NCBI RefSeq assembly: GCF_009914755.1
Contig: NC_060946.1
DNA: 64,000 nt
Source of the DNA: the human T2T-CHM13v2.0 reference genome, Homo sapiens
Reading direction: 5' to 3' (one strand)
Part shown: in pieces, positions 53,751 to 64,000 of the stretch
Position numbering within the stretch: the first letter of the stretch is position 1
How the letters are laid out: each line of letters begins with the position of its first letter
Position numbers and translations under genes: made by a program
Notes under the pieces: model-generated
What the model was told of the DNA's origin: nothing
The model's input: only the letters and a program-made list of their open reading frames with translations
The model's database searches: none

Positions 53751-54544
53751 GTTTTTTATTATACTTTAAGTTCTGGGGTACATATGCAGAATGTGCAGGT
53801 TTGTTACATGGATATACACGTGCCATGGTGGTTTGCTGCCCCCATCAACCTGTCACCTACATTAGGTATTTCTCCTAATCCTATCCCTCCACTAGCCCCT
53901 CATCCCCCAACAGCACCTGGTGTGGGGTGTTCCCCTCCCTGTGTCCGTGTATTCTCATTGTTCAACTCCTACTTATGAGTGAGAACATGAGGTGTTTGGT
54001 TTTCTGTTCTTGTGTTAGTTTGCTGAAAATGATGTTTTCCAACTTCATCCATGTCCCTGCAAAGGATATGAACTCATCCTTTTTAATGGCTGCATAATAT
54101 TCCATGGTGTATATGTGCCACATTTTCTTTATCCAGTCTATCATTGATGGACATTTGGGTTGGTTCCAAGTTTTTGCTATTGTGAACAATGCAGCAATAA
54201 ACATCCACTTGCATGTGTCTTTGTAGTAGAATGATTTATAATCCTTTGGGTATATGCCCAATAATGGGATTGCTGGGTCAAATGGTATTTCTGGTTCTAG
54301 ATCCTTGAGGAATTGCCATACTGTCTTCCACAATGATTGAGATAATTTACACTCCCACCAACGGTGTAAAAGCGTTTCTATTTCTCCACATCCTCTCCAG
54401 CATCTGTGGTTTCCTGACTTTTTAATGATCACCATTCTAACTTGCATGAGATGGTATCTCATTGCGGTTTTGATTTGCATTTCTCTAATGACCAGCAATG
54501 ATGAGCTTTTTTTCTTATGTTTGTTGGCTGCATAAATGTCTTCT
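53751..54544 (-). mobile_element. 5'-truncated L1PA (approx. L1PA6-8): 3' UTR plus ORF2 C-terminus
   Basis: ttttttattatactttaagttctggggtacat is the L1PA 3' end. ORF 53962-54498 translates to the ORF2p C-terminus (CWRGCGEIETLLHRWWEC...WNQPKCP...WHIYTMEYYAAIKKDE). 13-bp TSD ataaaa(a/g)aagatt at 53738-53750 and 54545-54557. Confidence 0.96.
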
Positions 54545-54923
54545 ATAAAAGAAGATTTTTACATCTGATTTTGTAATATATTACTTAGGTATTTTAAAAA
54601 ATCATCCGGAGACCAAAGTTGTGCTGTCATCTTTTCATACTTTCTGGTTAGGTTTTGCATTTGGGTTGTGAGACCTTTGAAAAAGAAATGTTATGTTTTA
54701 CTATGTGTTGGAATGCTGTAAATAAAACAGAAAACTTTAATACAACCCTTCATTTTGTTCAAATGCCATTTCTGAGGAAAATTTTTTGACAGTGCTTTCA
54801 ATTTATTCTGTAGTTATCGAGTTGATCCAGCTTTCGGGCTTCATTATTTATTTTTTCCTAGGAAACTTAACATTTTATTAAGATTTCAAGCACGTTCCAG
54901 TGGTTTTCAATGCATTCTGTTGA

Positions 54924-55375
<452 letters not shown>

Positions 55376-55914
55376 TAACTCTTTTCTTTATATCTGTCTT
55401 TGCTTTCATTTAGTGGAATACTTAGCTTTCACACTTGTTTAATTACAAATGCATGTAAGAATGTGTGGCTTTCTTTTAAATTTCTTTCACCTTCCATGGA
55501 CATCATGTATGTCATATTGGCATTTATATTAATTTCTTGATTGTCTATAATACATTTTAATAACTTCAATATCCTGACTTATTTAAATTTGGGAGGTAGT
55601 CTGGGTTTCATTTTTTTATTTTTTTATATTTACAGATGTACGTATTTTATATTTGCAGATGCTAATTTCTAGTTTGATCCATTTTTATCACAATATAGAA
55701 CCTGTTAACCTTTTTAGTGTAAAATTTGTTAAAGATGTTTGTTTGCTAGTTTGGTCAACTTTGGCAAATATATGAAGGAAAAGAATAGCTATATGGAAAG
55801 GATTTTTAAAAATGTGTGTATGTTCCTCTACAAGTTTATAGATAAACTTAAATATTCAAAGTGACTATTCCTAAAATAAGATAATCATTAAAGTTAATTG
55901 TAATAGGTAATAAA

Positions 55915-56360
<446 letters not shown>

Positions 56361-56398
56361 ACTTGTATCCAGAAACTAAACAGGACATTTAACAGATT

Positions 56399-56435
<37 letters not shown>
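56399..56435 (+). repeat. (TG)n microsatellite
   Basis: Directly visible TG run. Confidence 0.96.
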
Positions 56436-56437
<2 letters not shown>

Positions 56438-56519
56438 TTCGGGGATTTTTCTGTGTTCTATACCTAATAAAGAACACAAGTATGTCTTTCTTACTGGTTC
56501 ACAGGATGGTCTTCTTATT

Positions 56520-56605
56520 TTTGTTTCTAGCACATAGCACTGTGCTTGCAACATTGGGATTCCCAGTAAACTGAATTCAATGTAAATTATTAAATGTTTG
56601 ATGAA
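56520..56605 (+). mobile_element. Possible L2 3' terminus
   Basis: tagcactgtgcttgcaacat...taaatgtttgatgaa resembles the L2 end. Confidence 0.4.
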
Positions 56606-59087
56606 ATTTTTATTCCATTATAGCCTTTGTCTCTTCATATAAGACAATTCTGTACGTTTATATGACATTCAAACTTTTCTTTCATATTCTTTAAGTCATA
56701 ATAGTATAAGATTGCGATTTTGTTCATTTTACTCTTTAGGAATCTCTTGCTCTGTTCAGAAGAATGCCAACACTTCTTTTGTATAACCTGTTACCATCAA
56801 GTCTTTAATAGTTAGAAAATGACTTGATATTCTGTAACAATAGTGTCACCTGAGAACTGTCAAAAATTGAAAGATTATACCCAGAATGAATTGATCAGTC
56901 AATTGCCATATTAAAAAATAGATTATTCTTATTAGTGAATAATGTCAGCAAAATCCAATTCAGGAAAATAAGCGCAGTATAAAAAAATAGATGTCTGAAA
57001 ATGTAAAGAAGTAAGTAGCCAAAGGCCTAACTAGATTAATTGAATGTGAATACTCCCTGCAGCAATGAAATAGACAAAAGCAATAATGTCCATAACATTT
57101 AGGAGCATTGATGGAGGGATCTTGTTCTATACACAGACTTTATTTCTAGGGGAAACAAAGATAGTCATTAATAAATCAGAACCATTTCTAAGCATCAAAT
57201 TGCCACATTAAAGGCAAATTAACCTGTATGAGTCATCATTCCAGGGGCTCACTTTTGATGAAACAATGAAGTGACATCATCTCTAGAATACAGCATTATA
57301 ATTTTGGAAGTCAGGGAAAATTTGGTAGATTTTTTTAAAAGGCAATCAAATGAGAAGATTTGTTGTAATTTTTAGCTTCCAAAAATTCACTTAACAGAAA
57401 TTACTCACTGCCTGAGCATGCAAGATGGATGAGGCTTCATTAAAGCAAACTGAAGGAAAAAGTTAAGCTTCCTTCTGGAGGGATAAATCAATGTTACTCA
57501 TCCTTATAAGCTGGACACTTAATTCTGTGAACCTGACAGATACTTATGACATAAAGTTGACCCCAGGGGGTCCAGTGCAGTGAGTGTTTGTGAGTCCAAT
57601 GAGTTGCAAGGCCTAGGGTTCAATTTCCTGCAGATTCTTGTGAGCAACAGGTAAACCGTCAGTTGTGATTGGTGGTTCTGGCATGCGGAAATAAAATTTC
57701 CATTTAAGTATTGCCTTTTGAAAGGCAAGTCTGTATATTAAAGAATAAAATCAACTCAGTTAAAACAGGATAATAGAATGAAAAATTTGTTTTAGTTGTC
57801 CAAAATTAAAAATGTTGCTATTCAACAATAATTGTAAAATAAATTAAAATTATGAAAATAATGCCTATGAAATTGTTTTGGAATGTAGACATGGAACAAA
57901 GCTAAGGAGAAAAAAATATTTAGCTGATGTTCTTAATATTGCCTGTCAATTATCAAAATTGCTTTATTTAAAAACATTTTATTCAGCTATCTCTATTTTA
58001 CTATGTACAAGATAGTTGCCATAGATACAAAGATAGTAGGCATTCCCAGTGTTCTTTATTCCTCTGTATGTACTCACATTTCCATCTGTCAACATTTTCC
58101 TCCCATCTGAAGTCTTTCTGTGACATCTCTTGCAATGCAAGTCTGCTGGTGATGAATTCTTTTAGCTTTTGCATATCTTTAAAAAGTTTTCAATACCCCT
58201 TCATTTCTAAAAGATATTTTTGCTAGGTATAGAATTCTAAGTCAACAGTATTTTTCTCTGAATATTTTAAAGATATTGCTCCATTGTTTTGTGGCCCACA
58301 TTGTTTCTGATGAGAAGTGTGCTGTAGTTTTTAATCCTTATTCTTTTATATATAATGTGTTTTTTTCCTTTGGATGATTTTAATATTTTCTTCCTGGTTT
58401 TAAGCAATTTAGTAGTATTGTATGTTTTCTGTGTGTGTGGGTACATTGAGTTTCTTGAACATGTGGTTTTATAGTTTTTTCATCATATTTGGACTATTTT
58501 CTGCCATATTTCTTTAAATAGTTTTCAGCAACTGCCCCCTTTCTTTGGAGATGCCAGTTAACACATATATTAGGCCATTTAAAGTAGTTCCCCAGATCAC
58601 TAAGCCCGGTTCATAATTTCTCAGTATATTTTCTCTTTGTGTTTCATTTTAGACAGCTTATGTTGCTTACTCTACAAGATTACTTTTCCTTCTGCAGTAG
58701 CTATATTAATCTCATCCAGCGTACTTTTTTCTTATTTCATACTTTCCATCTCTGGAAGTTTGATTTGAGTAATTTTTATATATTCTATATCTCATGTTTA
58801 GTCTTTCCTTAACTTTTTTGAGCATTTGAAATATAGTTATAATAATAAGTTTCAGTATTCTTGTCTGCTATCTGTGTAATTTTAGGGTTTGGTTTTGTCT
58901 GGTTTATCATCTGTGTAATTTCAGGGTTTGGTTTCATTGTTTTTTTTTTCCTTCATTAGGAGCAGTATTTTCTGTTTTCTTTGCATACCTAGTAATTCTG
59001 AATCATTGTGAGTTTTATATTGATCGACTACCAGTAACCATGAGTTTTATCTTGTTGGATGCTGGGAATTTTTGTGTTTCTGTATAT

Positions 59088-59584
59088 TAGCCTTCTCCAA
59101 CTTTTTTGGCACCAGCGACCAGCTTCATTGAAGACAATTTTTCCACAGATGTGGGTCTGGGAGTGATTTCAGTGTGACTCAAGTGCATTACATTTATTGT
59201 GTACTTTATTTCTATTATTATTACATAATCACCTTAATGTAGGATCAGTGGGAGCCCTGAGCTTGTTTCACTGCAACTAGATGATCCCATGTAGTGGTGA
59301 TGGGAAACAGTGACAGATCATCAGGCATTAGATTCTCATAAGGAGCATGCAACCTAGATCCTCGCATACTCAGTTCACAATAGGGTTCATGATCCTATGA
59401 TAATCTAATGCTGCCGCTGATCTGACAGGAGGTGGAGCTCAGGAAGTAATGCAAGTGATGGGGAACAACTATAAATATAGATGAAGCTTTGCTTGCTCAC
59501 CAGTATTTACCTCCTGCTGTGTAGCCTGGTTCCTAACAGGCCATTAATGGGTACTGGTCTGTGGCCTGGGGTTGAAGACCCCTG
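59088..59584 (+). mobile_element. MER1A non-autonomous hAT-Charlie DNA transposon
   Basis: ccaacttttttggcaccagcgacc...gaagacaatttttccacag...ggcattagattctcataaggag...gttgaagacccctg. Degenerate 8-bp TSD ctgtatat/ctatagat. Confidence 0.92.
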
Positions 59585-59670
59585 CTATAGATAGTATTGT
59601 TGAGCTTCATTTTGTTATACAGTTAAATTACTTGGAAACATTTTGATCTTTCAGAGGCTTATTTTTAAGC

Positions 59671-59976
59671 TTTTTTTCCTTTTTATTTTTTGAGACAGAG
59701 TCTCACTCTGTCACCCAGGCTGGAGTGTGGTGGTGTGATCTCGGTTCACTGCAACTTCTGCCTCCTGGGTTGAAGTGATTCTCCTGCCTCAGCCTCCCGA
59801 GTAGCTGGGACTACAGGTGCCCAGTTCCATGCCTGGCTAATTTTTTTGTATTTTTTAGTAGACACGGGGTTTTACCATGTGCCCAGGCTGGTCTTGAACT
59901 CCTGAGCTTCAGGCAATCCACCCACCTCAGTCTCCCAAAGTGCTAGAATTACAGGTGTGAGCCACTGCGCTTGACC
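59671..59976 (-). mobile_element. AluS, full length
   Basis: T tail, then gagacagagtctcactctgtcacccaggctggag...gtgctagaattacaggtgtgagccactgcgc. Confidence 0.92.
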
Positions 59977-60162
59977 CTAAACCTATTTTTTAGGTGAGAT
60001 CATAGCAGCATTAAATCTTGGGCTTATTTTTTCCACTATTGAGACAATACCCAATCCATAACTCTTCTCAGTGCCTATGAATTATGAAGTTTTTCCTGCT
60101 AACTGATGATAAAAACAGCTATTTCTTCCCTATGCTAACTTCAGGGATTATTCCTTGTAATT

Positions 60163-60379
60163 CAGTTTCTCAACTTTAGAACTATTGACATTTATGTGCT
60201 GGATAATTGTTTCTAGAGGGGAGGGGACTGTCCTGTATATGATCAGATGTTTAGGAGCATCCCTGGCCTCAGTACTGTAGGTGGTGGTGACATCCTTTAA
60301 ATTGTGACAATCAAAAAATGTCTCCAGATATTGCCAGTGGCTCCAAGCGAGTATAGTTGCTCTCAGTTAAGAACCACTG
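60163..60379 (-). mobile_element. MER20 hAT-Charlie element
   Basis: tttctcaac...actattgacattt...ggataatt...agcatccctggcctc...ttgtgacaatcaaaaaatgtctccagatattgcca...gttaagaaccactg. Confidence 0.88.
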
Positions 60380-60795
60380 CTCTAATCCTTTCTCATGGTT
60401 TTCTTATATGCATGCCATGGCTAAAGACTGCTCAGGACTCAAGTGAGACCTCCTACCATCTCCCAAATTCTGTATCTGCCCCCCTTTCCTCTTCTATAGG
60501 CTTCCCTGAGAACTTTAGTCTGTTGACCTCCCTGGATTCTCAGCTCTGTTTTCTCATCTCAAGGAGACCACTGAGTTTTGCCTATGTTTCTTTTTCCCCA
60601 TCACAGCCTGGAAACTCTAGGCTGTAATGCTGGTGCAATCATAGGTTCACATTGCTTCCTGTCTCTCAAAAATCTCTGCCCCTTGTTGCTTAATGTCCGG
60701 TATATTTGAAAACTATTGTTTCATTATCCTTTATTTTTATTTATTTTTAGTCTTTAGTTTTTTCAGGTGGATCCCTGTTAACCTCATCTTGGTCC

Positions 60796-61200
60796 TCATC
60801 CTTATTCTTGAAAGATACTTTTGCTGGATACACAATTTTGGACTGGCTTTTGTTTTTTCTAAGCACTTTGAAAGTATTTGAACTATCTTCTGGTGTCCAC
60901 TGCTGCTGTTATTCAACTGTCAATCAATTTTCTTCTTTCCTTTCTGATGATCTGTCTTTTTTGCTCTGAGCACTTTTAAGATCTTCTCTTTGCCTTTGCC
61001 ATTTTGCAGTTCTGCTATGATGTAGTAAGCATAGGTTTCTTTTTATTTTTCCTTGTTCCTGCAGGATATATCAGGCTTCCTGATATATTTTTCCTGAAAC
61101 TTTAGAGTCTTTCTCTCATCAGTTCTCAAAGATTTACAGACATTATCTTCTTAGGTATTTTACCACATTGATGTTGTTTATTTTTTCCACTTTGAAAGTC
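60796..61200 (-). mobile_element. Second old L1M ORF1-region fragment
   Basis: ttcttgaaagatacttttgctggatacacaattttgg...agcactttgaa...ttttaagatcttctcttt. Confidence 0.55.
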
Positions 61201-61971
61201 TTATTCGATACAAAAAGCATGAACCACAAAGGAAAAAACATTAATTGAGGTCATTAAAATTAGGATCCTTTATTGAGCAAAAATCACCAAGAAGGAGAGT
61301 GAAAGGGCAAGCTACCAAAAGGGAGAATGTATTTGTAGTACATATAACTGACAAAAACTTGGGTCCAGTATATTATAAATAGTTCTTACAAATTAATAAG
61401 AAAAAGACAGATGCAACAGAAAAACATGCAAATATCTTGAGGAGGCATCTCACAAAGAGACACACATGCCCAATAAACACAAAATGGTTTCAGTCTCATT
61501 CATTATAAGGCAAATGATCATTTCAACCACAGAATATACCACTATACATTCAGAACGGCCAAATTTAAACGAATAATATAAAATGCCTGGGATCATGTTA
61601 GACAGCTAGAACTCACATATGTTGTTGGTGGAAGCATAATTGAAAAACATTACTAATGTTGAATGTACTTACTATATAACCCATGACCCAGATGTTCTAC
61701 TCTTAAATATACTTATGTTCTACTCTTAAATATACTTAACTAACATTATATATATATATATATATATATGTTCATCAAAAGATATGAAACATTTATGCCA
61801 GAATTATTTATATTAGCCAAGAACTAAAAACAACCCAGATGACCCTCAAAGGCAAAATGGGAAAACTAAGATATTTATATGTTGGAATACTATATAAGAA
61901 GGAAAATTAATTACTTCTACCATCAGTAACAGCATGGGTGAATTTCACTAACTTAATATTGGAATAAATGA

Positions 61972-62295
<324 letters not shown>

Positions 62296-62313
62296 TAATG
62301 TACATTATACAAT

Positions 62314-62828
62314 TGCTGAGACCATCTCTGTTGGGGAGACCCTAACCCAGCGGCACTGGAGGAATTAAAGACACACACACACAGAAATATAGACATGTGA
62401 ATTGGGAAATCAGGGGTCTCACAGCCTTCAGAGTTGAGAGCCCCAAACAGAGATTTATCCACATATTTATTAGCAGCAAGCCAGTCATTAGCATTGTTTC
62501 TATAGATATTAAATTAATTAAAATTATCCCTTATTGAAAACAAAGGGATGGGCTGAATTAAAGGAATAGGTTGGGCTAGTTAACTGCAGCAGGAGCACAA
62601 CCTTAAGGCACAGATGGCTCATGCTATCGTTTGTGGCTTAAGAATGCCTTTAAGAGGTTTTCCATCCTGGGCAGACCAGGTGTTCCTTGCTCTCATTCCG
62701 GTAAACCCACAACCTTCCAGCGTGGGCATTACGGCCATCATGAACATGTCACGGTGCTGCAGAGATTTTGTTTATGGCCAGTTTTGGGGCCTGTTTATGG
62801 CCAGATTTTGGGGGGCTTGTTCCTAACA
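62314..62828 (-). mobile_element. MER9 solo LTR of HERV-K(HML-3)/HERVK9
   Basis: The minus strand reads TGTTAGGAACAAGCCCCCCAAAATCTGGCCATAAAC...AATAAA...GGTCTCAGCA, with TG...CA termini, 515 bp. Flanks acaat/gcaat are a probable TSD. Confidence 0.92.
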
Positions 62829-63042
62829 GCAATTATATAATGAATTATATAATTGGAATCCTAATTATATAATTTTCAAATAGAGGCAAAGATTGACACC
62901 TTGTTGGGTATAGAGGGCATGATGACTAGGAAGGAGCATAAGTGGGGGCCACTGTAGTTTGGTTAATGCTGTATTTCTTGTTTGGGGGTTGTTTATGTGG
63001 GCATATTCATGTTTGAAATTTTTTTTATGCCTCAAAAGACTC

Positions 63043-63170
63043 TTTTTTTTTTCAAGGCAGAAGAATTTTTCTTAGTACAGAACAAAATGGAGGCTCCTAT
63101 GTCTACTTCTTTCTACACAGACACAGTAACAATCTGATCTCTTTCTTTTCCCCACATTTCCCCCTTTTCT
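63043..63170 (-). mobile_element. Short SVA SINE-R / HERV-K(HML-2) LTR5 fragment (polypurine tract plus first ~104 nt of LTR) ending in poly(A)
   Basis: The minus strand reads AGAAAAGGGGGAAA-TGTGGGGAAAAGAAAGAGATCAGATTGTTACTGTGTCTGTGTAGAAAGAAGTAGACATAGGAG...CTAAGAAAAATTCTTCTGCCTTG-A10. Confidence 0.88.
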
Positions 63171-63339
63171 TTCTACTATAACTTATGATTTGTACTTTTT
63201 GTATATGTTATAGTCAATACAAAAGTTTGATTTAAAGCTGACACTAGTTGCCATTTTAGAACTTCCATTTCAGTAAACAGCAAATATTAATGATATAAAC
63301 ATAAAAATGCACATATGCTTATAAATTATGGACATGTAT

Positions 63340-63698
63340 GAAGGCAAAGAACAAGGTGCTATGGGATCGAGTCACTGAGAGATCTGCTTTTATGAGATGT
63401 TTTGGCCAGACCTCTATGAGAAAGAGTTGTTCAAGTTGAGTGAGGTGGAGCGCAGTGTAAAATAAGGTTGGAGAGGCATGCAGGAATTTTAGGACATCCT
63501 GGAGAGTTTAGTCTTCATCCCAAGATTGATGGGCAACTTTAGAAGGGCTCTTAAGGGGTTAATTGAGTAATTAAGTTTTAAAAATAATTATTCTGGCTAC
63601 ACTGTGAATTGTGGACTTGAAAATGGACCAGAATTGAATTCCAGTGAGCCATTTAAAGACTACTGCAGTGCTCCAGGCAAAAAATGATGGCATCCATG
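63340..63698 (-). mobile_element. L2 fragment
   Basis: ggagagtttagtcttcatcc...tttaaaaataattattctggctac...gactactgcagtgctccaggcaaaaaatgatgg. Confidence 0.6.
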
Positions 63699-63706
63699 AT
63701 CTAGAC

Positions 63707-63868
63707 CAGGGACCTGCCAGCTTTTTATGTAAGAAGTGTGTGTTCTACCTACTAAACTTTGCCATTGTAGCATGACAGCGGCCATAAACAATGCATGAAT
63801 GAACAAGTATGGCTGTGTTCCAGTAAAACCTGATTTACAAAAACAGATATTGTAGTTACCAATCTCTG
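63707..63868 (+). mobile_element. MER58A hAT-Charlie element, internally deleted
   Basis: caggg...gccattgtagcatgacagcggccataaacaat...ggctgtgttccagtaaaac...tttacaaaaacag...ctg. 8-bp TSD atctagac/atctagag. Confidence 0.88.
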
Positions 63869-63923
63869 ATCTAGAGTAAAGAAAAAATTTAGGTATATTT
63901 TGGAAGTAGATTTAATAGGATAT

Positions 63924-64000
63924 GGACTAGGTGCAGTGGCTCTTGCCTGTAATCCCAGCACTTTGGGAGGCCGAGGTGGGTGGATCATGATGTCAGGAGT
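63924..64000 (+). mobile_element. Alu 5' end, cut by the window edge
   Basis: gtgcagtggctcttgcctgtaatcccagcactttgggaggccgaggtgggtggatc. Confidence 0.93.

Larger units (their letters stand above)
58060..60795 (-). mobile_element. Old L1M (L1MC/MD/ME-type) ORF1 and 5' region, interrupted by MER1A, an Alu and MER20
   Basis: gtctgctggtgatgaattctttagc...aagatatttttgctaggtatagaattcta...tttctgatgagaagt matches antisense L1M ORF1. cagcctggaaactct...ggtgcaatcatagg...atccctgttaacctcatcttgg matches the L1M 5' end. Confidence 0.7.

Noticed and set aside
53962-54498. 178-aa open L1 ORF2 C-terminus as a functional gene
   Set aside because: It is a ~0.8-kb 5'-truncated insertion with no promoter, EN or RT domain. 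Staying open over this length is plausible by chance for an L1PA.
57581-57591. TGAGTGTTTGT, a CER core 11-mer in the unique flank
   Set aside because: It is an isolated match with no flanking similarity, and is expected by chance given the many possible CER 11-mers.

Overview
This is primate, most likely human or great-ape, pericentromeric/acrocentric-type genomic DNA. It contains no credible protein-coding gene. Bases 1 to ~49087 are one uninterrupted, single-orientation array of a 48-bp satellite (consensus CTGGGTTCTGAGTGTTTGTCCCTCACATAGGATTCCAGAACACTGCTG, ~1020 monomers). I recognise it as the CER / D22Z3 48-bp satellite family. The ORFs in this part are artefacts of a 16-codon repeat with stop-free frames. 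The array has internal order: two monomer classes, a recurring ordered cassette, two distant domains sharing a diagnostic subfamily, and many young local duplications of 2, 5, 6, 12-13 and ~19 monomers. At ~49085 the satellite is fused abruptly to the first ~49 nt of an Alu, which looks like a rearrangement breakpoint. The last 15 kb is AT-rich and dense in transposable elements: Alus, an L1PA 3' end, old L1M, L2, MIR, MER1A, MER20, MER58A, a MER9 solo LTR, and a short polyadenylated SVA/HERV-K LTR5 piece. I found no evidence of a novel gene system. The most interesting signals are structural and evolutionary. Family and subfamily calls come from recalled consensus sequences and were not run against a database.
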